DNA of 64,000 nt from an uncultured delta proteobacterium (GCA_963699755.1 CAVOVB010000008.1:128001-192000), one strand, 5' to 3'. Counted from the stretch's first letter, positions 1 through 10,427 are shown. The notes: a model not told the origin generated them from the sequence alone. A program made the numbers and translations.

Positions 1-300
1 CAAAGTGGTGATCGAGGCGCCGTCAACCTGGCCGGCGCGCATCTTTCGGACGAAGTCGCGCTCGTCCCCTTGGCTTCCTCCAGCGTAGAATCGGAGCTTG
101 AGCGTGTTGTTCGTCTGCTGCTGGACGCTTCGATTCCAGGCATTGAACACCTTCATCCAGGAGGAGCCGTTCGGCGCCAGGGTCGCGATTCGAAGCTCCG
201 TCGCAGGTTCTGCTTCGGCATGTTTGGGACCGGCCCCGGGGCTTGCTGCTGCCGCGACGGCAAGGGCGAGGACCAATGCGAATCTCACAACCATATGCAT
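1..300 (-). CDS. dctP: TRAP transporter substrate-binding protein DctP (5' part only; runs off the window start)
   Basis: Manual translation (not in the ORF track): MHMVVRFALVLALAVAAAAS signal peptide, then LRIATLAPNGSSWMKVF...LKLRFYAGGSQGDERDFVRKMRAGQVDGA, the typical DctP N-terminus. ATG 298-300 overlaps the TGA of the upstream gene (TGATG). Confidence 0.88.
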   Translation of the reverse strand, partial: MHMVVRFALVLALAVAAAASPGAGPKHAEAEPATELRIATLAPNGSSWMKVFNAWNRSVQQQTNNTLKLRFYAGGSQGDERDFVRKMRAGQVDGASITTL

Positions 301-1223
301 CAGCCTAGTCCGTACTCATCCCGATTCGCCGTCAAGTGTTCGATGTAGTACTCGGCCGCTTGGCCGGCTTCGACTTTCCCGGTGTCGGCGGCGGCGGTGA
401 GTTGCTTCATGAGGTCTCCGAGCTGCTTGGAGGGAGGAACCCCGAACTCCTTCATGATCACCGCGCCCAAGCCCTTTGGCAGCGGCGCAACCTTACTGTC
501 CTCTTCCTGCAGATCGCGAATGTGCTGGGCCAGCAGGCTGATTTGACGCACGCCGCGCCGCCGCTTCTCGGGACGCTTCGTGGTGATGTCTGCGCGGCTC
601 AAGTCGAGCAAGTCCCGAAGGCCTTCGCCCATCTGCTTGTAGAATCGGCGAACGGCAGCATCGGTCCAGGTCTCGTCGTATTGCGCTGCACGGAGGTGAT
701 GCAGAATCAGGAAGTGAACCCGCTCACGCTGCGCGCCTTCGAAACCGATACGATCGGCCACGCGCTTTTGAAACATGGAGGCGCCAACTTCCGCGTGGCC
801 GTGGAAGGTGACATTCCCGCGGTCATCGATTCGACGCGTCTTCGGCTTTCCGATGTCGTGCAGCAAAGCACCCCAGCGCACCTCGACGCGCGGGACCGCC
901 TGCTTCACGACCTGCTTGGTGTGCTTCCAAACGTCTTTGTGACGCCACTCGTTGTCGCCGAAGCCGACCATGGCTGCAACTTCGGGAAGCCACACATCGA
1001 GGCAGCCCACCGACTCGATCGCATCGAGCCCCGGTTCGGGGTGCTTGGAGGTGAGGAGCCGGTCCATTTGCTCGCGAAACACCGAAATTGGGAGCGAACG
1101 CCAGTCCGCAGGGGTGGGGCGCCCGGGCTTGTGCTGGAGCAGGGCCGGATCCCCCGCCACATCGGCGGCCCAGATCAACGTTTCGATTGCCCGCTCGGGC
1201 GTCACCTCTGTTGCCACAGACAT
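300..1223 (-). CDS. HD-domain phosphohydrolase resembling the body/tail of class II CCA tRNA nucleotidyltransferase, without the nucleotidyltransferase head
   Basis: GCLDVWLPEV, HKDVWKHT, LLHDIGKP, FHGHAEVGA, ILHHLR and ADIT motifs. No GGxVRD/DxD head motif in the N-terminus. Confidence 0.8.
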   Translation of the reverse strand: MSVATEVTPERAIETLIWAADVAGDPALLQHKPGRPTPADWRSLPISVFREQMDRLLTSKHPEPGLDAIESVGCLDVWLPEVAAMVGFGDNEWRHKDVWKHTKQVVKQAVPRVEVRWGALLHDIGKPKTRRIDDRGNVTFHGHAEVGASMFQKRVADRIGFEGAQRERVHFLILHHLRAAQYDETWTDAAVRRFYKQMGEGLRDLLDLSRADITTKRPEKRRRGVRQISLLAQHIRDLQEEDSKVAPLPKGLGAVIMKEFGVPPSKQLGDLMKQLTAAADTGKVEAGQAAEYYIEHLTANRDEYGLG

Positions 1224-1226
1224 CGC

Positions 1227-2321
1227 TCAGCCTAGTATATCGCGGAGCGCCTCCACGAGGCGCCGATTCTCTTCGGGGGTGCCAATGGTGATCCGGACGC
1301 AGCTTCGGAGCCGCGAATCACCGCTCGTGAACTGCCGGACCACGATGTCGCGATCCAAGAGCGCTCCGTGGAGCGCTGGAACGTCGCCCGCATATCGAAC
1401 GAGTAAGAAGTTAGCCCCGCTCGGGTAGCAGTGAAGCGCTTCGTGCCGGCCGAGCTCGCTCGCCAGTCGTTCGCGCTCGGCGACGATGCTGATGATCTGT
1501 TCTTCGAGCAGGGACCCGAAGTCGGTCAGCGCCAAGGTCGCAATGGCTTGAGACGCTGTGTTCAAGTTGAAGGGCTGGCGCACTTTCTCGAGCTCTGCCG
1601 ACAGCGCCTCGTGAAGACGCACCCATCCGACACGAATTCCAGCAAAGCCGACCTTCGACAGGGTGCCCATCAACGCGCAGTGAGGGTGCTGCTCGGCGAA
1701 CGTCGCAAACGATTGCCCGGAGTAGGCCCCATAGGCCTCGTCGATGACGTGCAGCATGTCGGGGAATGCGACCACGAGCCTTTCAATCTTGTGGCGCGAG
1801 AAACAATTGCCAGTCGGGTTGTTGGGGCTCGCGTAGTAGACGAGGTTGGGTTTCGTTCGAGTCAAGGTCGCGGCCATCGCGTCTGCGTCGAGGTCCCAGT
1901 CACCGCCGAGAGGAACGCCAACAGGCTCCCATCCATGTGCTCGGCTCGTCATGCGGTACATCACAAATGTCGGCTCAGGAAACACGACGACTGGACGTTC
2001 CGCGCCCGCGCGAGGTCGCGCCATCGCCGTTGCGAGCGACGCAATGAGCTCATCGGAGCCGGCGCCGAGCACGTATTCGTCGGGGTCTCCGCCAAGGCCA
2101 CGCGCGAGGGCCTCTCGAAGCTGGGTCGCGCGCCCATCGGGGTAGCGATTCATCTCTATCTGGTGCAGGGCCGCTGCAACCCGCGCGCGCGCTTCTGGGG
2201 GCAATGAAAACGGGCTTTCGTTTGCGTCGAGCTTCACCGCCGGTGGGGCAGGGGGCACCCGGTATGCCGAAAGCTCATCGAGCTCCGGCCGAAAAAGGGC
2301 TTTCAGGGATTCGATCGACAT
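1227..2321 (-). CDS. hisC: Histidinol-phosphate aminotransferase
   Basis: KLDANESP, NRYPD, GSDELI, SPNNPTG, DEAY, TLSKVGFAGIRVG (PLP lysine) and RITIGTPEEN. Start taken at MSIESLK. Confidence 0.93.
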   Translation of the reverse strand: MSIESLKALFRPELDELSAYRVPPAPPAVKLDANESPFSLPPEARARVAAALHQIEMNRYPDGRATQLREALARGLGGDPDEYVLGAGSDELIASLATAMARPRAGAERPVVVFPEPTFVMYRMTSRAHGWEPVGVPLGGDWDLDADAMAATLTRTKPNLVYYASPNNPTGNCFSRHKIERLVVAFPDMLHVIDEAYGAYSGQSFATFAEQHPHCALMGTLSKVGFAGIRVGWVRLHEALSAELEKVRQPFNLNTASQAIATLALTDFGSLLEEQIISIVAERERLASELGRHEALHCYPSGANFLLVRYAGDVPALHGALLDRDIVVRQFTSGDSRLRSCVRITIGTPEENRRLVEALRDILG

Positions 2322-2393
2322 GCGACTCACCGGTCGGGCGGAGTCATGGCACGCCGTGGGCTTCTGTAAAGCGGTCAGCCAGAAACAAGGCAA

Positions 2394-3212
2394 TCAGTGT
2401 AGAACGAGGTCCGCCTGCTGTCGCGCCTCAGCCAGGGCCTGGCCGACCAGATGGGCATCTTTGGCGTCGGGTCGAGCCTCCAAGTACGCTGCCAAATCCT
2501 CGGAGGCCGCTCCGTACGTACGAAGGGCGTGCGCCAGGAGGCCACGGTCGCGCCGGTGCTCAGGCGCCTGTGTCAGCTCGACCAAGTGGTCACATGCCAG
2601 CATCGCCCGCGCGTAGTCGCCTTGGCGGCGATGGGCGTTTTTCAGATTTGCGAGCATGCGGATGGTGATCGTGAGACAGTCGACCGGTTCGAGATAACTC
2701 GGATGCAAGGCCATCTCCGCGCCAAGGAACTCCGCCGCGAGCCGTCTCAAACCGTGACCATCAAGCAGTTCGCCTCCGTGGAATGGATCTTGGTAGACAC
2801 CGTCCGGGCCGCCCACGCGAACCAAGAAGTGGCCAGGGAACCCGACGCCTTCGACCTCCATCCCCGCGCGCTCACCAACCGCCATGGTGAGCACAGAGAG
2901 CGAAATCGGAATCCCTTTGCGGCGAATCAACACTTTGTCGAGATAGCTGTTGTAGGGGTTGTAGTAGTCTTCGCGCTCGCCTTCGAAGCCGAGCTCTTCG
3001 AAGAGCAGCTCTGCGAGGATTCGTCCGTCGCGCTCCGGGCTCGAGCGAAGGCCCCGACGAATCAAGGCTTCGGCGCCTAGGCCGTCCAGGCCCCGCCGGG
3101 TCGCCCTCTCATCTAGCAGCGGGTTGGCCTCCTTGGCGATGAGGATGGCGACGTCCTCGACCCGCACGTTGGGACGTTGAAGGACTGAAACCAAGGGATC
3201 TCCACTCGCCAC
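2394..3212 (-). CDS. SirB1-like transglutaminase-core protein with a C-terminal TPR
   Basis: DYYNPYNSYLDKVLIRRKGIPISLS, GVGFPGHFLVR, DPFHGG, RMLANLK, RDRGLL. Confidence 0.88.
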   Translation of the reverse strand: MASGDPLVSVLQRPNVRVEDVAILIAKEANPLLDERATRRGLDGLGAEALIRRGLRSSPERDGRILAELLFEELGFEGEREDYYNPYNSYLDKVLIRRKGIPISLSVLTMAVGERAGMEVEGVGFPGHFLVRVGGPDGVYQDPFHGGELLDGHGLRRLAAEFLGAEMALHPSYLEPVDCLTITIRMLANLKNAHRRQGDYARAMLACDHLVELTQAPEHRRDRGLLAHALRTYGAASEDLAAYLEARPDAKDAHLVGQALAEARQQADLVLH

Positions 3213-3313
3213 GATTCTAACCTTGCTTCGAAGTAGACTGACCGATCGCGCGCTGATGTCGAGCCGAGCACTGTGCTAGATCGGCTTTGGTCGCAAGCCT
3301 ATGTGCTGTTCGA

Positions 3314-3931
3314 ATGCTTGACGAATTTCTGCACACACTGGAGCACGGCTCCTCGTTCTGGGCCTACGCGCTCGTCGCTGCGGCGGCTGCGATCGAGTAC
3401 ATCTTCCCGCCAATCCCTGGGGATACCGTAGCGCTCTTTGCCGTTGCGTTGGCGGTTCGCGCGCAATTGCATTGGGCCTTCGTGTACCTCGCGATGACCG
3501 TGGGCGCGCTTCTTGGTGGGCTCGCGGCCTGGGGATTCGGCGTCTGGCTCGCGAACCACGAAGACCACTGGCCTTCATTTTTGAAAACCCAGGGCGCGAC
3601 GCGCGCTCTCGACGCAGTGCGTCGCGGCTACTCACAGCACGGCGAAATGTACCTCGCCGCCAATCGTTTTCTGCCAGCGCTTCGAGCTTTCTTCTTCGTT
3701 GGCGCCGGCTTGTCACGCATGCGCCTCGGCCCGGTCCTGGTCTACGGGGGAATCTCGGCAGCCCTTTGGAACGCGCTCCTGATGGCCGTGGGCTACGCGA
3801 TCGGCAACAACTGGGACGTGCTCCGCGACGTGGCGCACCGCTACGCCGTAGCGACGTTGATCGTCATCGCCGTCGCGGCCGTTGGCGTCATCGCCCGATT
3901 CATCTGGGAGAACCGACGCGCTGAGCGCTAA
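3314..3931 (+). CDS. DedA family membrane protein
   Basis: [25 protein letters not shown] and ALWNALL motifs with several TM segments. Confidence 0.9.
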   Translation: MLDEFLHTLEHGSSFWAYALVAAAAAIEYIFPPIPGDTVALFAVALAVRAQLHWAFVYLAMTVGALLGGLAAWGFGVWLANHEDHWPSFLKTQGATRALDAVRRGYSQHGEMYLAANRFLPALRAFFFVGAGLSRMRLGPVLVYGGISAALWNALLMAVGYAIGNNWDVLRDVAHRYAVATLIVIAVAAVGVIARFIWENRRAER

Positions 3932-4707
3932 CGGTTCTCGATCGGCGCATCGGCTCTCACCATCGAGCGCACGAGCTCGCGATTCATCCGCGCGATCCAT
4001 CGAAGGCTCACGCCCTTCGGACAAGCTGCCTCGCATTCGCCGTGGTTCGTGCAGCCGCCGAAGCCTTCCGCATCCATCTGCGCGACCATTTTGCGCGCAC
4101 GGTCCTGACGCTCCGCTTGGCCCTGAGGCAGCAAGGCGAGATGAGAGACCTTCGCAGCCGTGAAGAGACTCGCCGATGCGTTCGGGCAAGCTGCTACACA
4201 GGCGCCGCAACCGATGCACTCCGCGGCATCCATGGCCAGGTCCGCGGTCGCCTTCGGGATTGCAAGCTCGTTGGCTTCCGGGGCGCTTCCAGTGCGGATT
4301 GAGATGTAGCCGCCGGCTTGGATGATGCGGTCCATAGCGCTTCGGTCGACGATCAAGTCCTTGACGATCGGGAAGCCGCTCGCGCGCCAGGGCTCGAGCC
4401 AAAGCTCGTCGCCGTCCTTGAACTGCCGCATATGCAGCTGGCAGGTGGTCGTGAGCTTCTGGGGGCCGTGCGCCACGCCGTTGATCACCATTCCGCACGA
4501 GCCACAGATGCCCTCTCGGCAGTCGTGGTCGAAAGCGATCGGCGATTTGCCGTTCTCGATAAGATCTTCGTTTACGACGTCGAGCATCTCGAGGAAGGAC
4601 ATGTGCGTCGAGATGCCTTTCGCCTTGTGCACTTCGAAGCGTCCGGAATCCGTGGGGCCGTCTTGGCGCCAGACGTGCAGAGTTAGATTCAGTAGTTCTT
4701 CACTCAT
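3928..4707 (-). CDS. sdhB: Succinate dehydrogenase/fumarate reductase iron-sulfur subunit
   Basis: [22 protein letters not shown] and [12 protein letters not shown] cysteine clusters. Start taken at MSEELL. Confidence 0.95.
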   Translation of the reverse strand: MSEELLNLTLHVWRQDGPTDSGRFEVHKAKGISTHMSFLEMLDVVNEDLIENGKSPIAFDHDCREGICGSCGMVINGVAHGPQKLTTTCQLHMRQFKDGDELWLEPWRASGFPIVKDLIVDRSAMDRIIQAGGYISIRTGSAPEANELAIPKATADLAMDAAECIGCGACVAACPNASASLFTAAKVSHLALLPQGQAERQDRARKMVAQMDAEGFGGCTNHGECEAACPKGVSLRWIARMNRELVRSMVRADAPIENR

Positions 4708-4718
4708 CGATAGGCCCC

Positions 4719-6650
4719 TTACTTGTAGCTCCGCTTGCTGGGCTTGACGTATTCGAAGGCCAGCTGCTCTTTGTGGAGCCGGGGCTCGCTCGGGTTTCCG
4801 GTCCACTCCCAGGCCGACACGTATTGGAAATGCTCGTCGTCACGGAGAGCCTCTCCGTTCTCTTGGTGTTCTTCGCGGAAGTGACCGCCACAGCTTTCCT
4901 CGCGCTTCAGAGCGTCGATGCACATCAGCTCGCCGAGCTCGAAGAAGTCGGCCACGCGCCCGGCTCGTTCCAGCGTCTGGTTGATCTCCGCGCCGCTTCC
5001 CACGACCTTCACCTCGCGCCAGAACTGGTCGCGCAGCTTTGGAATCTCGCGCAAGGCCTCTTCGAGGCCGGCCTTGTTGCGGGACATGCCGCACTTGGTC
5101 CAGATGATCCTGCCGAGCTTGCGATGGAAGTACTCTGGGGCGTGCTTGGGGTCGGGCGCGTTCATGAGCTTGTGGATACGCTCTTGGACCGCGCTGACGC
5201 TCCGAGTCACGTCGGGATGGTCTTCAGCGAGTGGGGGCAGGGAGCGTACCTCGCCGAGGTAGTTGCCCACGGTAGATGGCAGTACGAAGTAGCCGTCCGC
5301 CAGTCCTTGCATGAGCGCCGAGGCACCGAGCCGGTTAGCGCCATGGTCGGAGAAGTTCGCTTCGCCGCCGGAGAAAAGCCCCGGTACGGTGGTCTGCAGG
5401 TTGTAGTCCACCCAGAGGCCACCCATCGTGTAGTGGGTCGCCGGGTAGATGCGCATCGGCGTCTCGTAAGGACTCTCTCCGGCGATGCGCTCGTACATCT
5501 CGAAGAGGTTGCCGTAGCGCTCCCGGATCGTTTGTTCCCCGAGGCGCTCAATCGCGTCGCGGAAGTCGAGATAGACACCACGACGCTCACCGTCGACCTC
5601 TGGGCCTACGCCCAGGCCGTCGTTGGTCACATAGAGCGCGTTTCGCGAAGCGACGTCGCGGGGGACGAGGTTGCCGAATGCCGGGTAGCGCTCCTCGAGG
5701 TAGTAGAAGCGGTCCTCCTCGGGAATGTCCTCGGGGCGCTTGGTGACGTCTTCCTTCTTTCGAGGAACCCAGACGCGGCCGTCGTTTCGAAGGGATTCGC
5801 TCATGAGCGTCAGCTTGGACTGGTAGCTGCCCGACTGCGGTATGCAGGTCGGATGGATCTGTGTGTAGCAGGGGTTCGCGAACGCCGCGCCGTGACGATG
5901 CGCGCGCCAGGTCGCCATGCAGTTGCAGCCCTTGGCGTTGGTCGAAAGGAAAAAGACGTTCCCGTAGCCGCCCGTGCAAAGGATCACCATGTCAGCGATG
6001 TGCGGGCTTACTTTGCCGGTGGTCATGCAACGCGTGACGATGCCGCGAGCCCGCCCCTCGTGAACGATGAGGTCGAGCATCTCGGTTCGTGGGAACATCT
6101 CGACGGTCCCTTCTTCGATCTGCTTGCTGAGCGCTTGATAGGCACCCAGCAAGAGCTGCTGGCCGGTCTGCCCGCGTGCATAGAAGGTCCGGGACACCTG
6201 CGCCCCGCCGAAGGAGCGGTTCGCCAAGAGCCCGCCGTACTCGCGCGCAAACGGCACGCCTTGCGCAACCGCCTGGTCGATGATGTTCACGCTGAGCTGG
6301 GCGAGCCGGTAGACGTTCGACTCCCGTGAGCGGAAGTCGCCTCCCTTGACCGTGTCGTAGAACAGGCGATAGACGCTGTCGCCGTCGTTCTGGTAGTTCT
6401 TCGCGGCATTGATTCCGCCCTGCGCGGCGATGCTGTGCGCTCGTCGCGGGCTGTCCTGGTAGCAAAAGCACTTGACGTTGTAGCCCATCTCGCCAAGCGA
6501 GGCGGCTGCCGCGCCGCCCGCGAGCCCGCTGCCCACCACGATGATCGTATACTTCCGGCGGTTGGCCGGCGCGACGAGCTTGCTCTCCTCTTTGTGCTTT
6601 TCCCAGCGATGCTCGATAGGCCCGGTCGGTTCGTTCGATCGAAGTTCCAT
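4719..6650 (-). CDS. sdhA: Succinate dehydrogenase/fumarate reductase flavoprotein subunit
   Basis: [20 protein letters not shown] (covalent FAD His), [27 protein letters not shown]. Start taken at MELRSNEP. Confidence 0.95.
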   Translation of the reverse strand: MELRSNEPTGPIEHRWEKHKEESKLVAPANRRKYTIIVVGSGLAGGAAAASLGEMGYNVKCFCYQDSPRRAHSIAAQGGINAAKNYQNDGDSVYRLFYDTVKGGDFRSRESNVYRLAQLSVNIIDQAVAQGVPFAREYGGLLANRSFGGAQVSRTFYARGQTGQQLLLGAYQALSKQIEEGTVEMFPRTEMLDLIVHEGRARGIVTRCMTTGKVSPHIADMVILCTGGYGNVFFLSTNAKGCNCMATWRAHRHGAAFANPCYTQIHPTCIPQSGSYQSKLTLMSESLRNDGRVWVPRKKEDVTKRPEDIPEEDRFYYLEERYPAFGNLVPRDVASRNALYVTNDGLGVGPEVDGERRGVYLDFRDAIERLGEQTIRERYGNLFEMYERIAGESPYETPMRIYPATHYTMGGLWVDYNLQTTVPGLFSGGEANFSDHGANRLGASALMQGLADGYFVLPSTVGNYLGEVRSLPPLAEDHPDVTRSVSAVQERIHKLMNAPDPKHAPEYFHRKLGRIIWTKCGMSRNKAGLEEALREIPKLRDQFWREVKVVGSGAEINQTLERAGRVADFFELGELMCIDALKREESCGGHFREEHQENGEALRDDEHFQYVSAWEWTGNPSEPRLHKEQLAFEYVKPSKRSYK

Positions 6651-6658
6651 GGCGACCC

Positions 6659-7306
6659 TTACAGTGTGACGAAACCGGCGAGCACCGAAATCGGGAACGA
6701 CAGGTTCCCGATGGTGATCGCAGCCGAAATCGCGATGGCGGCATCGCGGCGGTATGGGTTGAAGCGAGGATGATTGGCGCCCAGGGTTTGCAGAGCGCTG
6801 AAGATGCCGTGGAAGATGTGAAAGCCGAGCGCGATGTTGCCCACCATGTACACGCCGGCGATCAGGGGGTTCCGAAAGCCCTCGACGACATTTCGGTACA
6901 CCTCGCCGGGGTGCGTGGGAAGGATCGTGAAGTGAAGAAGGTGGTACACGACGAAGAGCAGAAGGATGGGGCCAGACCAATACATCGTCCGCGCCGCGTA
7001 GTCTGTCGCGAGGTCCTGGTGCTTCTTGTACCGCGTGCCGCGCGCTTTGGAGTTGCGCTGCCAGAGGGAAATGGCCGCCCAGATGTGCACCCCGAAAGCG
7101 AATAGCAGAAGCAAGCGGGTCCCCCACAAAACCGGCGTCAGGCTCTTGAGCAGGTGGGCATAGCCGTCCAAGGCTTCCGGCCCGCGGTACAGGTTCAAAT
7201 TGCCCAGGAAGTGGCCGATCACGAAGCCGACGATGATGAGCCCGGAGAGGGCCATCATCACCTTCTTCCCGATGGTCGTTTGATGCAGCGTCAAGGCTCG
7301 TTGCAT
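6659..7306 (-). CDS. sdhC: Succinate dehydrogenase cytochrome b subunit (single 5-TM anchor)
   Basis: [29 protein letters not shown] and FHIFHG heme-ligand histidines. First gene of sdhCAB. Confidence 0.92.
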   Translation of the reverse strand: MQRALTLHQTTIGKKVMMALSGLIIVGFVIGHFLGNLNLYRGPEALDGYAHLLKSLTPVLWGTRLLLLFAFGVHIWAAISLWQRNSKARGTRYKKHQDLATDYAARTMYWSGPILLLFVVYHLLHFTILPTHPGEVYRNVVEGFRNPLIAGVYMVGNIALGFHIFHGIFSALQTLGANHPRFNPYRRDAAIAISAAITIGNLSFPISVLAGFVTL

Positions 7307-7397
7307 GGATTCTCCTCAGTGCCCTGCGCGGTGGGCGGCCGATTCATACATCCACCTGCCGGGGCTGGCCATAGGCCGGTGAAAAAAAGCGTCCGTT

Positions 7398-8525
7398 TCA
7401 AGTGTCGGGGGGGTCGTAGTACTCGACGAAGTCTCCACGGAACGTTTCGAGCACGGTGACACCGTCGGCTTCACTCACCAGATAATTGGGCCCAAGCGGA
7501 ACTTTGCCCAAGCCCCCCGGTGTATCCACGATAAATTTCGGGAGCGCGATCCCACTCAGCCGCCCTTGGAGGGCTGCCATCAGCTGGACCCCGCGCCGCA
7601 AAACCGTCCGTAAGTGCCCAGTGCCGCCGACTGGATCCATTTGCAACAAATAGTAGGGTCGAACCCGCGAACGGACCAGGCCTCGAAACAGGGCTTCCAA
7701 GGTATCGGTTTCGTCGTTGACGCCACGGAGCAGGACCGTCTGGTTCATCACGGGCAGGCCAGCGTCGGCGAGGCGCGAGCAGGCGGTTCGGGCCTCATCC
7801 GTAAGCTCCTTCGGGTGGTTGAAATGGGTCATCACCCAGGTTCTCTCATGGCTTTCGCGGATGGCGCTGCAGAGCTCCTCAGTGATTCGCTGGGGGAGCG
7901 TGACCGGCGCACGAGTGGCCAGGCGCACGTAGTCGACGTGGTCGATCTCCCGAATCCGCCGCAGCAAGACTGCGATTCGCTCGGTGGACATCAGGCAGGG
8001 GTCGCCGCCTGAGATGATCACGTCGTGGATTGCGGGGTGGGCTTCGATCCAGGCCAATGCCGGCTCGAGTGCGGCCATCGATCGGGCTCCACCACCGTCC
8101 CCAACCAGCCTGGATCGCGTGCAGAAACGACAATACACCCCGCATCGGTCGGTAGCGACGAGCAGCACCCGATCTGGATAGCGCTGAATCAAGTGAGGAG
8201 CGATTTCATGGGCCTCCTCGCCCAGTGGATCTCGCAGGTCGCCCCGGACGGCGATCGCCTCCTCAGCCCGGGGGATGCACTGACGACGAATTGGGCACGT
8301 CGGGTCGGTTGGGTGACAGAGTGCAAGATAGTAGGGGGTGATCGAAATCGGCAGCCCGGCGGCGGTCGCGCGGCTGGCTCCGATTCGTTCCGCATCGGTC
8401 AAGGTCAGTGCCTTGTCGAGAGCCTGTAAATTCGTCACCGCATGTTGCGACTGCCAGCGCCAGTCGCCCCAATCGGCTTCCTCGGAACCGAAGGCTTCGC
8501 GAAAATTGAGCGGCAAGGGGCGCAC
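7398..8525 (-). CDS. KamA family radical SAM enzyme (lysine 2,3-aminomutase/EpmB-like)
   Basis: WGDWRWQ, ITPYY, RYPDRVL, CGVYCRFCTR, ISGGDP, HFNHPKE, NQTVLLRGVND, PYYL, PGGLGK. Start GTG 8525 estimated. Confidence 0.9.
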   Translation of the reverse strand: MRPLPLNFREAFGSEEADWGDWRWQSQHAVTNLQALDKALTLTDAERIGASRATAAGLPISITPYYLALCHPTDPTCPIRRQCIPRAEEAIAVRGDLRDPLGEEAHEIAPHLIQRYPDRVLLVATDRCGVYCRFCTRSRLVGDGGGARSMAALEPALAWIEAHPAIHDVIISGGDPCLMSTERIAVLLRRIREIDHVDYVRLATRAPVTLPQRITEELCSAIRESHERTWVMTHFNHPKELTDEARTACSRLADAGLPVMNQTVLLRGVNDETDTLEALFRGLVRSRVRPYYLLQMDPVGGTGHLRTVLRRGVQLMAALQGRLSGIALPKFIVDTPGGLGKVPLGPNYLVSEADGVTVLETFRGDFVEYYDPPDT

Positions 8526-8666
8526 GTCATGCAGCTTACCGCCTGTCCTTCGGGCGGCAACTGCCTCTGCGTCTGGACACCGCGAAAAAACATTGTCATA
8601 TGCCCATCTCGGAGCTTGCCGACACGGCGTTTTGCTCCCAGTGGCCAAGGCGGAAACGGAGAGATT

Positions 8667-10427
8667 ATGGCGACCGCAGACCCCCGTCCCTTCGACGTCG
8701 AGTATATCGAGAATCCGAGCCAGGCTGAGTTGCGCGAGCTGGCCCTCGCGCACACTCCCTGCGTTCAGAAGACCGCCGTCGGCAGCATCAACAAGATCAC
8801 ACGCAACAAAGCGCGCATGGCCAAGTACACGTACATCATCGACACCCAAGATCGCTGGAGTCATCAGATCATCGATCCCGACAAGGCTCGTGGACTGATC
8901 GAGCGCCAGGCGAAGTACATCGCCGACAAGGGCCAGCTGATCGCCATCGACGGCTACTCGGGTCTCGGCGACGGCGCGTTTGGCACGACCTGGCTCTATA
9001 CGCTGGAAGGCGCGAACATCGCAGGCATGCAGCAGATCCTCGCGTTCCCGCGCGCCGACGTGGAGACCAAGGAGCAGCTCGCACGGCCGTTCAAGCCGAC
9101 GTTTCGTCTAATTTACACGCCGGACCTGATGCTCGATGATATGCCAGGCCGTCAAGCGATCATCGTCGACATGGAGAACTTCACGACCTACGTGATGGGC
9201 GCCGACTACTTTGGTGAGTCCAAGAAGGGCGTCCTTCGCATGCTCAATCACTACGTCTACCAGAAGGGCGGGCTGGTTCTTCACGCAGGCGCCAAGGCCG
9301 TCACGGCAACGAACGGCAAGAAGGTCACCATGACGATCATGGGTCTCTCGGGCACCGGAAAGACGACGACCACTTTCTCGAAGCAGGGCGACCTCACCGA
9401 GCCGATTCAAGACGACATGGTGGCGCTCTGGCCGCACGGCGCCCTCACGATCACCGAGAACGGATGCTTCGCCAAGACCGATGGCCTTTCCCTTGAGACC
9501 GAGCCTGTCCTATACGAGGCGACCATCGGTCCGGAAGCCTGGGTCGAAAACGTGTTCCTGGAGCCAGACGGCTCGTTCCACTTCACCAAGGGCGTGCTCT
9601 CCGTCGAGGAAGTCAGCCGGCTCCGCGACATCTTGGTTGCCACCGGCGCGAGCGCCGACAACGTCGAGAAGTACATTTCCGGTGAAGTGAAAATCGACGA
9701 AGTGGTCGACAGTCATGGCATTCCCGCCGACGGCTGGGATTTCGTTGTCTGGACCCAGAACGGCCGCTCGATCGTCCCGCTGAGCTCCATCCCCGATGCA
9801 GCAGACCTCGATCGCATCCCCGAGGTGAAGTCGATGGGTATCCTCAATCGCGATGAAGGGTACGACGCCGCGACGCCAGGCATCATCCGGTTCACCTCCC
9901 CCGAGCAGGCGGCTGGCTACTTCATGCTCGGCGAGACCTCCAAGACCAGCGCAGCGGGCAAGGAGCGCGGCAAGACGCGTTCGCCGTTCACTCAGCCCTT
10001 CTTCCCGGCGAAACACGGGCTTCAGGCCAAACGCTTTGCGGAGCTCGCAGCGACGATGCCGGGTGTCACCATGTGGCTCATGAACACCGGCTATATCGGG
10101 GGCGAAGCCAACGACGTCAAAGAGGGCAAGGCACTCAACATCAAGATCGGGCATTCGAGCGCGATGCTCGAGGCACTCTTGAGCCAGAAGATCAAGTGGA
10201 AGAAGGACCCCGACTTCGGCTACGAGGTCGTCGATGTTGACGCCCCGGAAAACGCCGATCTCGTCAAGAAGGTGCCACCTGAGATCCTCAACCCGCAGCG
10301 CTTTTACGACGCTCGTGGCCGGCACAGCGACTACGAGCAGTGGGTCAGCCATATGAAGGAAGCTCGCACCGAGTTCCTCAAGCAGTTCGATGTTGCGGAC
10401 AACATCATCGCGGCAATCGCGAACTGA
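8667..10427 (+). CDS. pckA: Phosphoenolpyruvate carboxykinase (ATP), divergent
   Basis: YFGESKKG, LHAGA, GLSGTGKTT (kinase-1a), IQDD, ENGCFAKT, TQNGR, WLMNTG. GGAGA RBS before ATG 8667. Confidence 0.88.
   Translation: MATADPRPFDVEYIENPSQAELRELALAHTPCVQKTAVGSINKITRNKARMAKYTYIIDTQDRWSHQIIDPDKARGLIERQAKYIADKGQLIAIDGYSGLGDGAFGTTWLYTLEGANIAGMQQILAFPRADVETKEQLARPFKPTFRLIYTPDLMLDDMPGRQAIIVDMENFTTYVMGADYFGESKKGVLRMLNHYVYQKGGLVLHAGAKAVTATNGKKVTMTIMGLSGTGKTTTTFSKQGDLTEPIQDDMVALWPHGALTITENGCFAKTDGLSLETEPVLYEATIGPEAWVENVFLEPDGSFHFTKGVLSVEEVSRLRDILVATGASADNVEKYISGEVKIDEVVDSHGIPADGWDFVVWTQNGRSIVPLSSIPDAADLDRIPEVKSMGILNRDEGYDAATPGIIRFTSPEQAAGYFMLGETSKTSAAGKERGKTRSPFTQPFFPAKHGLQAKRFAELAATMPGVTMWLMNTGYIGGEANDVKEGKALNIKIGHSSAMLEALLSQKIKWKKDPDFGYEVVDVDAPENADLVKKVPPEILNPQRFYDARGRHSDYEQWVSHMKEARTEFLKQFDVADNIIAAIAN

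Noticed and set aside
2347..2362. Sigma-54-like TGGCACG-N4-GGGC
   Set aside because: It lies on the + strand while the flanking genes are on the - strand, and the -12 element is poor.
6651..7127. N-terminal extension of the 802-aa sdhA ORF overlapping sdhC in another frame
   Set aside because: Homology begins at MELRSNEP (6650). The extension is an off-frame read of sdhC.
7366..7388. Hairpin plus A-run upstream of sdhC as a terminator
   Set aside because: On the transcribed (-) strand the T-run precedes the hairpin, which is the wrong order.
8442..8864. Apparent 5' overlap of the kamA-like and pckA ORFs
   Set aside because: An artefact of longest-ORF starts. Realistic starts (8525 and 8667) leave a 141-bp divergent intergenic region.
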